Numbered from the stretch's first letter, positions 1 through 19,017 are shown. The stretch: 64,000 bases of DNA from Dictyostelium discoideum (GCA_000004695.1 CM000151.3:1632001-1696000), one strand, 5' to 3'. Translations and numbers: made by a program. The notes: generated from the sequence alone by a model not told the origin.

Positions 1-2
1 TC

Positions 3-206
3 GAGCACTCTACCACCGAAGTTAGATCAACACATGAAGCTGCAACAACTTCCAATAATGGTGGAATCACAACTCAATCAAACAAAAACAAAACGGGTAA
101 AAAAAGAGCTAATCAATTACAATCTGATGCTGATTTTACCAAAAGATTTTCAAACGAAACTTCATCTGTTAGTAACAAAAGAGAAAGTAGAAGAGTCAAT
201 AATTAA
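3..206 (+). CDS. Partial CDS, C-terminal fragment of a gene that starts upstream of the window; S/T/N-rich low-complexity tail
   Basis: An open frame runs from the window edge to a TAA at 204-206. Frame 3 reads ...TTEVRSTHEAATTSNNGGITTQSNKNKTGKKRANQLQSDADFTKRFSNETSSVSNKRESRRVNN*. GC content is higher than the AT-rich sequence immediately downstream, which looks like a 3' UTR. Frame 1 is also open, so the frame choice is uncertain. Confidence 0.3.
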   Translation, partial: EHSTTEVRSTHEAATTSNNGGITTQSNKNKTGKKRANQLQSDADFTKRFSNETSSVSNKRESRRVNN

Positions 207-569
207 AATAAAAAATTAAAAAAAAAAAATTATTTTAATTTTTTTTTTTTTTTTTTTTTTTTATTTTTAATTTTTTTTTTTATTTTTAATTTTTTTTTAT
301 TTTTAATTTTTTTTTTTGTGAGCCGTAGACATAAATGAATAATAAAAAAATATATATCAACTAAAAAAAAAAGAAATGAAAATAAATTATAAAATTAATA
401 ATAAAAACAAAAAGATAAAAATAAATAAAAGATATAAATAAAATAATATGAAAATTTTTTTTTTTTTTTTTTTTATTATTATAATTATTATAATAAAAAT
501 AATAATAATAAAATTTTGTTTATTTTTGAGATGATTATTAATTAAATGACTTTGACTTTTTTTTTTTTT

Positions 570-725
570 CTATGCCAAAATTACCATATTAATTTTGGCA
601 GCTATGTACATGCTGAAATTAATATGGCTGCTGAAATTAATACGGTAATTTTGGCAGACATAAGTCCCATGCCAAAATTAATATGGCTGCTGAAATTAAT
701 ATGGTAATTTTGGCATGGGACACAT
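570..725. repeat. Cluster of inverted and direct repeats (~45-bp unit ATGGCTGCTGAAATTAATA[C/T]GGTAATTTTGGCA x2, plus hairpin arms CCCATGCCAAAATTA / TAATTTTGGCATGGG and CCAAAATTACCATATTAATTTTGG)
   Basis: Read directly from the sequence. The 9-19 bp perfect inverted arms and two direct copies are not low-complexity AT sequence. The cluster is intergenic, upstream of the nucleoporin-like gene. Confidence 0.5.
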
Positions 726-859
726 AGTATAAGATTAATTTTAATACATCTGAAACTATGATTGATAATGGTCCTCAATCTGGTGAGAATTCATTGGATA
801 GAGATTCTTTAAATATTGGTTCTCAATTTACTTGTGATGATGTTAGCCCAAATTTGTAA

Positions 860-901
<42 letters not shown>

Positions 902-1396
902 AAATATTAATTTTAATATTATTCATTTATAATTATTATTTATTTATAGATTAAATATAGTTTGCTATTATGACCAACTAAAAATTTGTAGAACTAAATT
1001 TGCATTGTTTTTAACAGTTCTTGTAGTTATAGTAATAGTTATTATTTTATGTTTTAAATTACCGATTATTAGAAATTTTCTTAGCTAATATTTTGTTGTG
1101 GTTGTTCTTGCTTTAAAAATAAAAAGAAGAAATCACCATCAAGAAAAATAAATCTCAAAAAATAATAACATTAACAAAAAAAAAAAAAAAGAAAAAAAAA
1201 AAAATAAAAAAAAAAAAAAAAAATAACAATTATAATAATAACAATAAAAAATATTCTATTTTTGGAATAACTGATTGGTGTTATTTTTATAATTGTGGTT
1301 ATTCCCCCATTTTTTTTTTTTTTTGATTTGAAATATTTTGATGATTTTCAAAACATAGGGAATTTGTAAATTTGGTTCAGTGGGGTGTAGGTTAAA

Positions 1397-1428
<32 letters not shown>

Positions 1429-1572
1429 TTTTTATTTTTTATTATTACTTTTTTTTTTTATTGTATTATTATTTTTTAATTTATATATTGTTATATAGAT
1501 AATTTATATTACCTTTTTTTTTATTGTATTATTATTTTTTTAATTTTATTTTTTTCATTATCCATTAAAAAA

Positions 1573-4500
1573 ATGCTCCCCATAAGAAATATTACAATCA
1601 ATCATTCTAGTAACCAAATATTTATAACAAGGTAAGAGCCATTACTATTGAAAAAAAAAAAAAAATTTATTTAAACAGTTTTTAAATTTTTTTTATTTAT
1701 TTTTATTTTTAGATGTATTTGTATTGGTAATGAAATTGAAAAAAAAAAAAGTATTTTTGGAAATGAAATTGAAAAACATTGTTTATTTCCAATACCAGAA
1801 ACAATAAATAGTGATGAAATAATTACTGTTGAGGATAGTGTTGAAAATGGTTCAACTTTATTTCATTTGAAAAAACCAGAATTTCCAAGAGATTTAGAAC
1901 TTTACAAAAACCAAAAATTTATTTTTCAAACCTTAAACTATGGTCAAATTATTGGCACATTTATTGAAATTGATAATAGAAATAAATTAGAAAACAAATT
2001 TTTAGTATTGGATGTTGAAGAAGTCAATAACATTTGTAATGTAAAACCATTTTCAAAAGGAATAATATTATTAAATGAAAATGAAATATCATCATTTATT
2101 TTATTTGACCCAAAATCTAATATTAGTGGACCAGAAACTTATAAATCAAATGCAAAATTGGTAATCAATAATACCACCATATCAAGAGAGATTTTCGTTA
2201 CCCATTGTTCCAAAGTTAATGAAGAGTCTCTTGGATATTATCATCATTTAATTAGAGGTATTGAATTTAATGACCTATTTACTGAACCAAATTTAAAGCC
2301 AAACATTCCAATTAAAGTTTTAACTGAATTTGTTTGGAAACCAATGTTTAATATTGGTGACATTAATAATAACACACAAGAGTCAAAAGTTTCTTTAACA
2401 ATTATAACAAATGATGAAAAGTCTATTTATTCAGTTGAAAATTTTAAATGTTTAAAAAACTATGAGACAAAGATAATAATCAATTCATTTGAAACAACAT
2501 ATAATAGAGCAGTTTTAATTCATCCAATGGGTCCAAATCAAATTTCAATATATTTCAAAAACACTTCAAAATTATTATTTACAAAATCCACAATTCAATT
2601 GGTAAATAGTTATGAAAACCATATGATTGATTTGGTTGATGGTGAAGAAATATTTCTTCAACAAATTGATTATTTTAATTGTGAAACCCAATCATTGGAA
2701 TTATTGAATTCTGTTAGACCAAACTCCACGTGTGTTATGATTTTAAAAGTTCCTAATGAAAAAATTAAAATCTACCAAGAAATTTCTCACCAACCACTAT
2801 TTCCAGCAAGATCAAAGAGAACAAAAATTCAAAGAATAAAAATTTCAAAGGACATTATTTTTATAGATTTTGAATTTAAAAATAAAATTAAGTACCAAAT
2901 TGTCAATTCCTCTCAATTTAAAACCAAAATGCTTATTCATTGCCCAAATAAAGAATTTAATATTAAAGGAATTTCTTGTAAGGAAATCAACAATGATGTT
3001 GATAGAAATTTATATCTTTTGGATTCAGATGCACTTTCAATAAAAGATTTAACATTATATTCTGTAAAGAACGAACAAGTATTTTCAGGTTCAAGTTTTT
3101 CAAAAGTTATTTCAAAATTCTTAGAAAAAAATGATTTTAAAAATACCATCTTAGATTCAGGAAAATTTGAAATTTTTAATTTTACAAATATGGATAAAAA
3201 ATTTCAAAAAGACCTCTCCAAATTATTAGAAAAAGTGTATTTTGAAAAAAGTGATTCTAGTTATTTTGAAAAACAGTTCTCAAAAATGTCACTAAAAGAA
3301 TCATTATTTGATCCTCTCTTATGGAGGGAGCATTCCCTTTATAGATTTTCAAACCAGAACAAGTTTTTTTTTGATTCTGATGCAAACTCTTTTTTTAAAT
3401 CATTAAGTTTTGATACAGTTTCTAATAACAATACCATTTCTTCAACTGGACCTTACAGCCCCATACCAATTTCTTCCTTCCCATTTCAAAAAAATGCAGA
3501 ATCTTTGGATCCTCCACCAATTCCTATCGAAGATATCTCCAATAGAAAAGATAAAAGTGGTGGCACATCTCCTATACCAAAACCAGTTGGAAAAGAAACC
3601 TCAAATACAAATAAATCATCTCAGGAAAATAATAAAAGAAGCTCTGACAAGAAAGTTACCTTTTGTACAAGTGAACCATCATTAGGTAACAAATCTCTAT
3701 TTGGAAGTTCATCCAATCAACAAACTCCTGTAAAAATAGAGCCATCTTTGGAGACCAAATCTCTTTTTGGAAAACATACAACTCCAAGTACAACTGAATC
3801 ATCTGTGTGTACCAAATCCGCTTTTGGAAGTTCACCCCCATCATTATTTGGTCAATCATCTCCCAACAAAACAACTTCAACCACTGAATCTGGCTTGGGT
3901 GAGGGAGAATCAATATCAACAACAACAACAAAAACTAGTGCATTTGGAAGCTCCTCAACTCCTTCATTTGGTGGTACATCTGCATTTGGTGGCCCTCAAA
4001 CTACAGGTGCATTTGGTAGCACTACAACAACTAGTATGTTTGGAAGATCCCCAACCACTTTATATGGTAGTTCTCCAACTACAACGACTAGTATGTTTGG
4101 AAGTAATTCAAACACTTTATATGGTAGTTCTCCAACTACAACAACTAGTATGTTTGGAAGATCCCCAACCACTTTATATGGTAGTTCTCCAACTCCAACG
4201 ACTAGTATATTTGGAAGCTCCTCAACAACTTTATATGGTAGTTCTCCAACTACAACAACTAGTATATTTGGAAGCACTTCAACCCCTTTATTTGGCAGTG
4301 CTTCAACTACAAAAACTAGTTTATTTGGAAGCTCCTCAATATTTGATGCAAAAAATCTCAACAAGACAACTCCAAAAGAAGAAATAAAGAAAGAATCTGA
4401 GGATATAAATGAAAATTCTTCTGAATTACCAGAATTAGTTCAAGATGAAGATTACGATATAGACCAAGTTGAAGATTTAGATGAAGATCAAGTTGAAGAT

Positions 4501-4602
4501 TTAGATGAAGATTACGATGAAGATCAAGTTGAAGATTACGATGAAGATCAAGTTGAAGATTTAGATGAAGATCAAGTTGAAAATTCAAAAGATTCAGTTT
4601 AA
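1573..4602 (+). CDS. FG-repeat nucleoporin-like protein (about 470-aa N-terminal domain, about 20 FG repeats of SAFG/SMFG/SIFG/SLFG type, acidic DEDQVEDLDED repeat tail). Proposed model: join(1573..1631,1713..4602)
   Basis: ORF 1867..4602 stays open upstream to 1714. Candidate exon 1 is ATG 1573-1631 with donor GTAAGA at 1632 and acceptor TTTTAG ending at 1712, and phase is conserved. The FG repeats sit in a 60-bp tandem array (4020-4300) encoding SSPTTTTSMFGRSPTTLYGS. Exon 1 is tentative; an alternative start is the Met at 1867. Confidence 0.6.
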
Positions 4603-4768
4603 GTTGAAGATGATGATGATATTGTTTATTGATGAGATAGTTATTACAAAAATAAAGGACAAAACAAAATAAAAATTCAAACAAAACAAAAAAAAAGATA
4701 AATTCTAAAAAATACCAAACAAAAACTTTGCAACATTATTTTACATCATATGAGTTTTATTTTTTTTT

Positions 4769-6963
<2,195 letters not shown>

Positions 6964-7261
6964 CCAATTTTTATTTTTATTTTTATTTTTATTTTTGAAA
7001 TACAAAATACTTTTTATCTTTCTTTTATAATGAACGAAACAAAAAAAAAAAAAAAATGAAATAAAAAAAAAAAAAAAGAAATAAGGGGGTTGAAATATTA
7101 AAAGAAAAAAAAAAAAAAAAAAAAAAAATTAATTAAAAATAAAAAATAAAAAATAAATTAAAATTAAATAAAAAAAATAAAATATTTTTGTTGAGAAAAA
7201 CGATTTTATTTTCCATAAAAGATTTTATTTTTTTTTATTTTTTTTATTTTTTTTTAATTTT

Positions 7262-7477
7262 TTATAAAAATGGTTCAATATTTATCCACACTACCTCTGA
7301 AGTTGAAAAATTGAGAAAACTTTCAGCCAAAGGCTGAAATTGAAAATTATCTGTATCATCAAACCATTTACAAAATTGTATTCTCCACACCTGAAACTTT
7401 GGAACGTGATACTCTCCTCTCCTCTCCTCTCCTCTCTGAACGTATGAGTAAATTAGTAGGTTGTTGAACCAAAACAT
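7262..7477 (-). CDS. Candidate small ORF (71 aa) in an unusually GC-rich intergenic island; hypothetical
   Basis: ORF MFWFNNLLIYSYVQRGEERRGEYHVPKFQVWRIQFCKWFDDTDNFQFQPLAESFLNFSTSEVVWINIEPFL. The region 7262-7560 has roughly 38-40% GC against less than 15% in the flanks. It contains (CTCCT)5 at 7419-7440 and a 9-bp-stem hairpin GTGATAAAG...CTTTATCAC at 7502-7540. No family is recognised. Confidence 0.2.
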   Translation of the reverse strand: MFWFNNLLIYSYVQRGEERRGEYHVPKFQVWRIQFCKWFDDTDNFQFQPLAESFLNFSTSEVVWINIEPFL

Positions 7478-7731
7478 TTGGAAACATCACCCATTCATTG
7501 TGATAAAGAGCTACAAGCCTTAAATGAACTTTATCACCTTCTCAAAAAATTATAATGTTTTTTAAAATACAAATATAAAAAAAAAAAAATTTGGGAAATT
7601 CAAAAAAAAAAAAAAATAAAAAAATAAAAAATAAAAAAAAATAAAAAAATAAAAAAAAATAAAAATAAAATTTTGAAATTTTTTATTTATTAATTTTCTA
7701 TTGTTTTTTTTTTATTTTTTATTTTTCGAAG

Positions 7732-12500
<4,769 letters not shown>

Positions 12501-12731
12501 AAGTACAAAAAAAAAAAAAAAAATAACTATAAGTAAAATAAAATATAAAAAAAAACATATTTATTTATTTATTTATTAGTTTTTTTTTTTATTTAAATAT
12601 TCAACCTCTTAACCTATTTGTTATATTAACACAATCTTATTTGTTTTTTTTTTTTTTTTTACTTTTTTTTTTTTTTTTTTTTTTTATTTATTTATTTTAT
12701 AATTTAATGATTGGAATTTCAACTAACTCGA

Positions 12732-13438
12732 TTAGAGATAGTTTGCTAACCACCTGAAACCTTCAGCATAACCGTATCTCTTTACAACACTACACATAAA
12801 TACTTCAATTGGTCTAACACCATTGAGTGTAGTTTTACCTTTACCTGTAGTTTGAGTGAGACCTAATGATGCTCTGAATTTCTCTTCTGATGTATTACCA
12901 ATATCAACTTTATTACCAAGAATGAGGAATGGAACATTTGCGAGTTCATCTGATGATAAAAGTGAATCTAATTCTTTCTTTGATTCAACAAATCTATCTT
13001 GAGCTGATGAATCAATTAAATAAACAATAGCATCGACTGATGGATAATAATCTTTCCAAAGTCTACGAGCTGACTCGTGACCACCTAAATCGAATGCTTT
13101 AAATCTAATATTACCCATTGCTAATTCTTCTGAAGCTGTTTTTTAAAAAAAAAAAAAAAAAAATTAAAAATTAAAAATTGTTAATATTAAATTTATTTTT
13201 ATATATAAAGAAAAAAGAAAAAAAAAAAAAAAAACTATGTAGTTCATAGAGTTGATATTTACTTGGATGGAAAGTTGGAAGATATGAAGAAAGACGACCA
13301 TCTTTTAATACACCAAGGAGTGTAGTTTTACCTGCATTATCTAAACCTAAAAATAAGATTTTGGCATTCTTATTGTAGAGACCTATTGTTGTTTTTAAAT
13401 AAAATAAGATTTTAGAATATTATCATCACCATTATTAC

Positions 13439-13495
<57 letters not shown>

Positions 13496-13727
13496 AAAAA
13501 GAAAAAAGATAACTGTTATAATTGAAAAGGTGGTAATAATGAACATAATCTTCTATTCTTTTTGACTAATTTATATTCCTATAATTATTATTAAAATCCA
13601 CGCCACCACCACTACCAGTATTCTTATTTCATCTTATTTCTTTTTTTTTTTAATAACTATTTTTGTTGTTTTATTGATAAATACCTAAAAAACTTAAAAC
13701 ATTCCAAAACCAGTCGAATAAAAACAT
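12732..13727 (-). CDS. sarA: Small GTPase Sar1 (COPII coat GTPase). Model: join(13727..13685,13382..13263,13135..12732), about 188 aa
   Basis: The exons encode [15 protein letters not shown] | [40 protein letters not shown] | [50 protein letters not shown]...[22 protein letters not shown]. This is colinear with human SAR1A ([42 protein letters not shown]...LHPTSEEL...FDLGGH...). Introns are GTATTT...CAATAG (about 300 nt, containing (ATT)n) and GTAAAT...AAACAG, with phases 1 and 1. Confidence 0.85.
13431..13493. repeat. (ATT)n microsatellite, about 20 units, inside Sar1 intron 1
   Basis: Seen in the sequence. Confidence 0.9.
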
Positions 13728-14251
13728 TTTATATATAATTTAACCTAAACCTTTACTATATGTAAATAAACAAATAATAATTAATTAATAAATAAGGGGT
13801 ATTAAAAATAATTTTAAAAAAAAAAATAAAAAAATAAAAAATAAAAAGAAAAAAAATAAAATAAAATTAAAAAAATAAAATAAAATAAAAAAAAACAAAA
13901 CAAAAATAAAAAACAGACAAAAAAACAGTTTAGAGTGTGTGTCGTGCAAACCACAAAAAAAAAAAAAAAAAATATGAAATACAATTACTAACTATTTATT
14001 GTATAATAATAAAAAAAAAAAAATGAAAAAACTTTATTATTATATATTCTTATTTCTATTTATGCTGAATTTGTTGTATCTTTTTGAATTGGCGATAATT
14101 AAACCATTTCACATTATTATTATTTATTTATTTATTTTATTTTATTTATTTGTTTTTATTTATTTTGAAAAAGTTTATTTGAATTTTTTGTCTTATTTTC
14201 TTTTCTTTTTTTTTTTTTTTTTTTTTTTTTTATTTCTAATGAACATACATT

Positions 14252-14291
<40 letters not shown>

Positions 14292-14461
14292 TTGAAAATA
14301 GTAAATAATAATAAAAAAAAAAAAAAAAGTAAATTTTTTAAACAATAAAACAATATTAAAATATCAATAATAAAATAAAAAAATATGAAACAAGTGTTAT
14401 AACACTTACAAAATATCGATTTGAGTATTATTAGGTTGTTTTGTGAAAAAAACTTATAAAT

Positions 14462-14492
<31 letters not shown>

Positions 14493-14713
14493 AAAAAAAA
14501 AAAAAATAAAAAATAAAATAAAATAAAAAAAAATAAAAAAAAAATAAAAAGTTTTGGTTGGGAAAAGTAAAAAATTTTCTAGGGTGTGATGACTTCAAAA
14601 CACCCAAACTATTAAGTTTTTTTTTTTTTTTTTTTTTTTCTTACTATCGATTGTCATATGATTTATCATTTTTAAAGTTTTCTATTTGTTTAGAAAACTA
14701 AAATTTATTGAGA

Positions 14714-14751
<38 letters not shown>

Positions 14752-14886
14752 AAATATCTTTTCCTATTATTTTTTTATTTTTTTTTATTTCTATTTTTAT
14801 TTAATATTTTCATTTGTTTAATGTTGAAATTATTTTTTTTTTTTAAATTTTTTTTTTTTTTATTTTTTTTATTATATTTATTTCAT

Positions 14887-16400
14887 TTAAACAGATAATT
14901 TAGTTAATTTATCTAAAGCACCAAAACCTTTTTCCATGTATTCAGCTTTGGTAATCCAGAAATCATCACGATCCTTGGTAAGATCAGCCAAGACAGCACC
15001 ACCGAGGAAAACCATGTGCTTTCTTCTTGGTGGATCTTCGATTCTGCATTTGAATTTAGCGAGACCTTCTTTGTTTCCTTTTAATACACGTTCCAAATAG
15101 AGAGATCTAATTTCCTTTTCGAGACGAGATGGTAAACCTGGATACATAGAGGAACCACCAGAAAGGACGATATGTTGATAGAAACCTTGTTGAAGATCAC
15201 GGTCTGCCTTGGTGATACAATCAAACAATTGTTCATGGACACCACCACCTTCGACATCGACCAAAGATGGATTGAAGAGGGCTTCAGAGGCTTGGAATCT
15301 CTCTTGGCCAACTTTGATTACACGACCGTCTGGGAGGGTGTAGTTTTCGACGAGAACAGTGGTCTCTGAGGCCAATTTCATCTCTTGTTGAACATCGTAT
15401 GCGACATAACAGAGTTTCTCTTTGATTTGACGGATGGTTTCGAAATCGGCGGTACGATTGAAAGCGTAACCACGGAGTAATAATAATTTGATGAGGTAAC
15501 GAGTTACATCACGACCGGCAACATCGAGACGACGAGTCAAATGTGGGATTGAGTAACCCTCATAGACTGGAATGATATGGGTGACACCATCACCTGAATC
15601 TACGACAACACCAGTCAAGAGACCTTGAGCATAGAGTGTGAGTACGGCTTGAATTGCTACGTAAACTGCTTGGAATCCATACTTTTCAAACATACATTCA
15701 ATCATTTTTTGACGATTTGCAACTGGATTCATTGGTGGTTCGGTCAAGAGGATCTTGCATTCAGTTGGATCACTAACTTTTAATTTCTCTTTAAGTGCAT
15801 AGTCCCATACGTGTGTAATATCATCCCAATTACGAATGATACCATTTTCCAATGGATAGGTGATTTGTAACATTGATCTTAATTTGGCTGCTTCATCACC
15901 AACCATAATATCTTTAATCTCTACATTTTCTACCTTTTCTTCTGAACGTAAAATTGGTCTACCAACCATTGATGGAAAAATGGCTGTTGGGAAATTTGCA
16001 CCTGCAAAACCACATTTTACAAACTAATAAAAAAAAAATAAATAAATAATTTTAAAAAAAAAAAAGTTGAAAATAAGTTTTTTTTTTTTTTTTTTTTTTT
16101 TGTGTGTTTGAAATATTTGATGTTCATATTTTTTTTTTTTTTTTTTTTTTTAATAATAAATTTAAAATAATATTAATTAGTATTCAAGTTTTATTATTAT
16201 GAAAATAAAAAAAATATATAAATTATTGAAATTTCATTGTGTATTTGAGATTTTTATTTTTTTATTTTTTTATTTTTTTTATTTTTTTTGAAGTTGTGAT
16301 GTTGATTATTTTATTATTATTAATAAATGAGTGAAGTTATTATAATTTTTCAACTTACACCAGTACCATTATCCATAACGATAACTTTATTTGAATCCAT
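14887..16400 (-). CDS. arpB: Actin-related protein 2 (Arp2, Arp2/3 complex subunit). Model: join(16400..16359,16023..14887), about 392 aa
   Basis: Exon 1 encodes [14 protein letters not shown] followed by donor GTAAGT. Exon 2 begins [31 protein letters not shown]... This matches the Arp2 N-terminus ([42 protein letters not shown]). The acceptor is TTATTAG at 16024. The rest is the ORF-track 360-aa piece, with actin-fold motifs throughout. Confidence 0.85.
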
Positions 16401-16436
16401 TTTTTAGCTTATATATATATTAATACAATAAATTAT

Positions 16437-16448
16437 GGTGTGGGTGTT
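16437..16448. promoter_or_regulatory. G-box / CA-rich element (GGTGTGGGTGTT) about 40 bp upstream of the Arp2 start codon
   Basis: A G/C-rich motif stands out in AT-rich DNA immediately 5' of the arpB ATG (minus strand). Dictyostelium developmental and growth promoters commonly carry G-box / C-rich elements. This is a low-confidence regulatory call. Confidence 0.2.
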
Positions 16449-16716
16449 AAATATGGATAAATAATAGTTTTTTTTTTTTTTTTTTTTTTTATAGTGTACA
16501 AAATAAAGAGTGAAAAAAAATGATTCCTTTTTTAAATCCCCTTATTATCGAATTTACAATGAATTATTTAATTTAATAAATAAAAAATAGGTCAAATTTT
16601 AAAGTAGTAATACTATAAAAAGTGATGGTGGATGTTTGAGTTGTAATATAAAAAAAAAAAAAAAAAAATTAAAAAAAATTTTTTTTTTTTAAAAAAAAAA
16701 AAAAGATTTTTTTTTG

Positions 16717-16749
<33 letters not shown>

Positions 16750-17338
16750 AAAAAATTTATGCTGAAAAGATGGGTTTAATTTTTTTTTTTTTTTGATTTT
16801 TTTTTTTATTATAATTTAATGAGCCAATTCCACTTTGTGATTAAAAAAAAAAAATAAAAAAAATAAAAAAAATAAAAAACAAAAAAAATAGAAATAAAAA
16901 AAAAAAAAAGAAGAAGGATTTAATTTATTTATTTATTTTTATAAATAATATGTTTTAAAATATTTTTCTCTTTTTATTAAATTTTTATTTTTTATTATTA
17001 TTTTATTTTTTTTTTTTATTTTTTTTTTTTTTATTTCTAAAAAAAAAAAAATAAATTTTGAATTAGGAAATAGTTTTTTTTTTTTTTTTTCAGATAGACA
17101 TTAATTAAACTTGCCATCACAAAAATGGATAATGGAAAAACTTTAGGGAAAGTATATCCTGCTATAGCAATTGCAGACAAGTGAAAAAAAATAAAAAAAT
17201 TACTCAAATGTTTTAATTCTTTAGTCCCACCCAATTAAGTTCATACCTAAAAAAAATTCAAACTAAGGAAATTTTTTAAGTCTGAACTTAATTTGAATGG
17301 AGACCCAAAGAATTAAAAATAGATTTAAGTAATTTTAA

Positions 17339-17378
<40 letters not shown>

Positions 17379-17880
17379 AAAACTTTTGTGTCAATGTGTG
17401 AAAATAAATATAAAAGAAAAAAAAGTTTAAATAAAAAAATAATGGATATAATTTTTTATTTATAAATTTTTTTAATTTTTTATATTTATTTTTATTTTTT
17501 TAATTTTTTATTTTTTTATTTTTTTATTTTTTTAATTTTTTATTTTTTTATTTTTTTATTTTTTTTCTATTTTTGCAATGGAGTAAAGTTTTTGGATAAA
17601 ATGTATTAAAATAAAAATTATTGATTTATCCACCCCTATATCTTAATTAACAAAAATTAAATAAAATAAAATAAAAATGTGGGTTTCATTTTATTGTTTT
17701 TTTTAATTATTTTTTTTATTTTTTTATTTTTTTTTTTTTTTTTTTAAAAAGTGATTTAATTAATTTTTTTTTTTTATTTTTTTATTTTTTTAAATTACTT
17801 TATTTATTTTTCATTTTTTATTTTTTTTTATTTAATTTTTTTTTTATTTAATTTTTTATAATTAATAGTAAAATAAAGTG

Positions 17881-17900
17881 AGAGAGAGAAAGAGTGAGAG

Positions 17901-17931
<31 letters not shown>
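17881..17931. repeat. (GA)n/(AGAA)n purine microsatellite followed by a (TG)n stretch
   Basis: Seen in the sequence: gagagagaaagagtgagagaaagaaagaaagaaagaaagagagag. Confidence 0.8.
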
Positions 17932-18097
17932 TAAAAACATACAATAGTTTGTGTGTATGTGTGTGCATTACAGTGATACTCAGAACAAATAAAAATAATT
18001 AATTAATACATGGATCATAGATTTACAATAATTTATTGAAGCAATAATTTCAATACCATAATAATAAAATAAAATAAAATAAAATAAAATAAATTAA

Positions 18098-18161
<64 letters not shown>

Positions 18162-18400
18162 TATAATAAAATATAATAAAATAAAATAATTAAATTTTAA
18201 TTTTTTTAAAAGAAATTAGATAATAATAATAAAAATAATAATAATAACAATTAACATTAAAGAATTTTTTTTTATTTTTTTTTATTTTATTTTTTTTTTA
18301 TTTTTTTATTTTCACACATATTAAACATTCCACATTCAATCATTATCAATTAAATAAATAAAAAAAAAAAAATAATAAAAAAAAAAAAAAAAAAATACAA

Positions 18401-18446
<46 letters not shown>

Positions 18447-19017
18447 TATTCTTTCTTTTTAGTAAAAGAAAACGAAAAAATAACAACCACAATAACAAAA
18501 TAATAACAACAATCAGTATTTTTTAAAAAAACCAAAACAAAAAAAAAAAAAGTCTCTCAACGATAACTAACGAGTTGGTTAGTAAATAATTTCATAAAAA
18601 AAAAAAAAAAAACAAAATAAAAAAAAAAAAAAAAATAAAAATAAAAATAAAAAAAAAAAAAAAAAAAAAGAAAAACAACAAAAAATAATTTTTTTTCTCA
18701 TTTTTTTTCAATTTTTAATTTAAAAAACTAATTTAAATAATCGCCCTATTTTGAACATAGGTGTTAAATAGTAATATTAGTAATAGTAACATTATAAACA
18801 TAGAATATATTTTTTTTTTTTCCTTTTTTTTTTCAAAATTTTTTTTTTTCTCCACAAATAAGTAATAGTCCAAAATAATAATTGGTCAATTCAAAATTAA
18901 ATACTTTTTCAAATAAATAAATAAATAAATAATTTTCAAATAAATAAATAAATTAATAAATAAATAATAGTAAAGAAAAAAAAAGAAAAAAAAAAAAAAA
19001 AGATTAAAATCGCAACA

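Noticed and set aside
2937-4684. Overlapping and antisense ORFs inside the FG-nucleoporin-like gene (2937..3149-, 3410..3685+, 3656..3931-, 3767..4387+, 3996..4364-, 4358..4684-)
   Set aside because: They lie in alternative frames of the tandem FG and acidic repeats. Their periodic, low-complexity translations (LVVVVGELPYKVV..., LQLDLHRNLQ...) are artefacts of repeat periodicity. The sense frame has recognisable FG-nucleoporin features.
13999-14898. F/L/I/K-rich ORFs in AT-rich intergenic DNA (13999..14253, 14156..14353, 14686..14898, 18350..18535, 25639..25996, 36175..36372, 37073..37358, 57218..57788 and similar)
   Set aside because: Poly-T/poly-A homopolymers and AT-rich spacers translate to Phe, Leu, Ile or Lys strings. 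There is no codon-usage or compositional shift characteristic of coding sequence.
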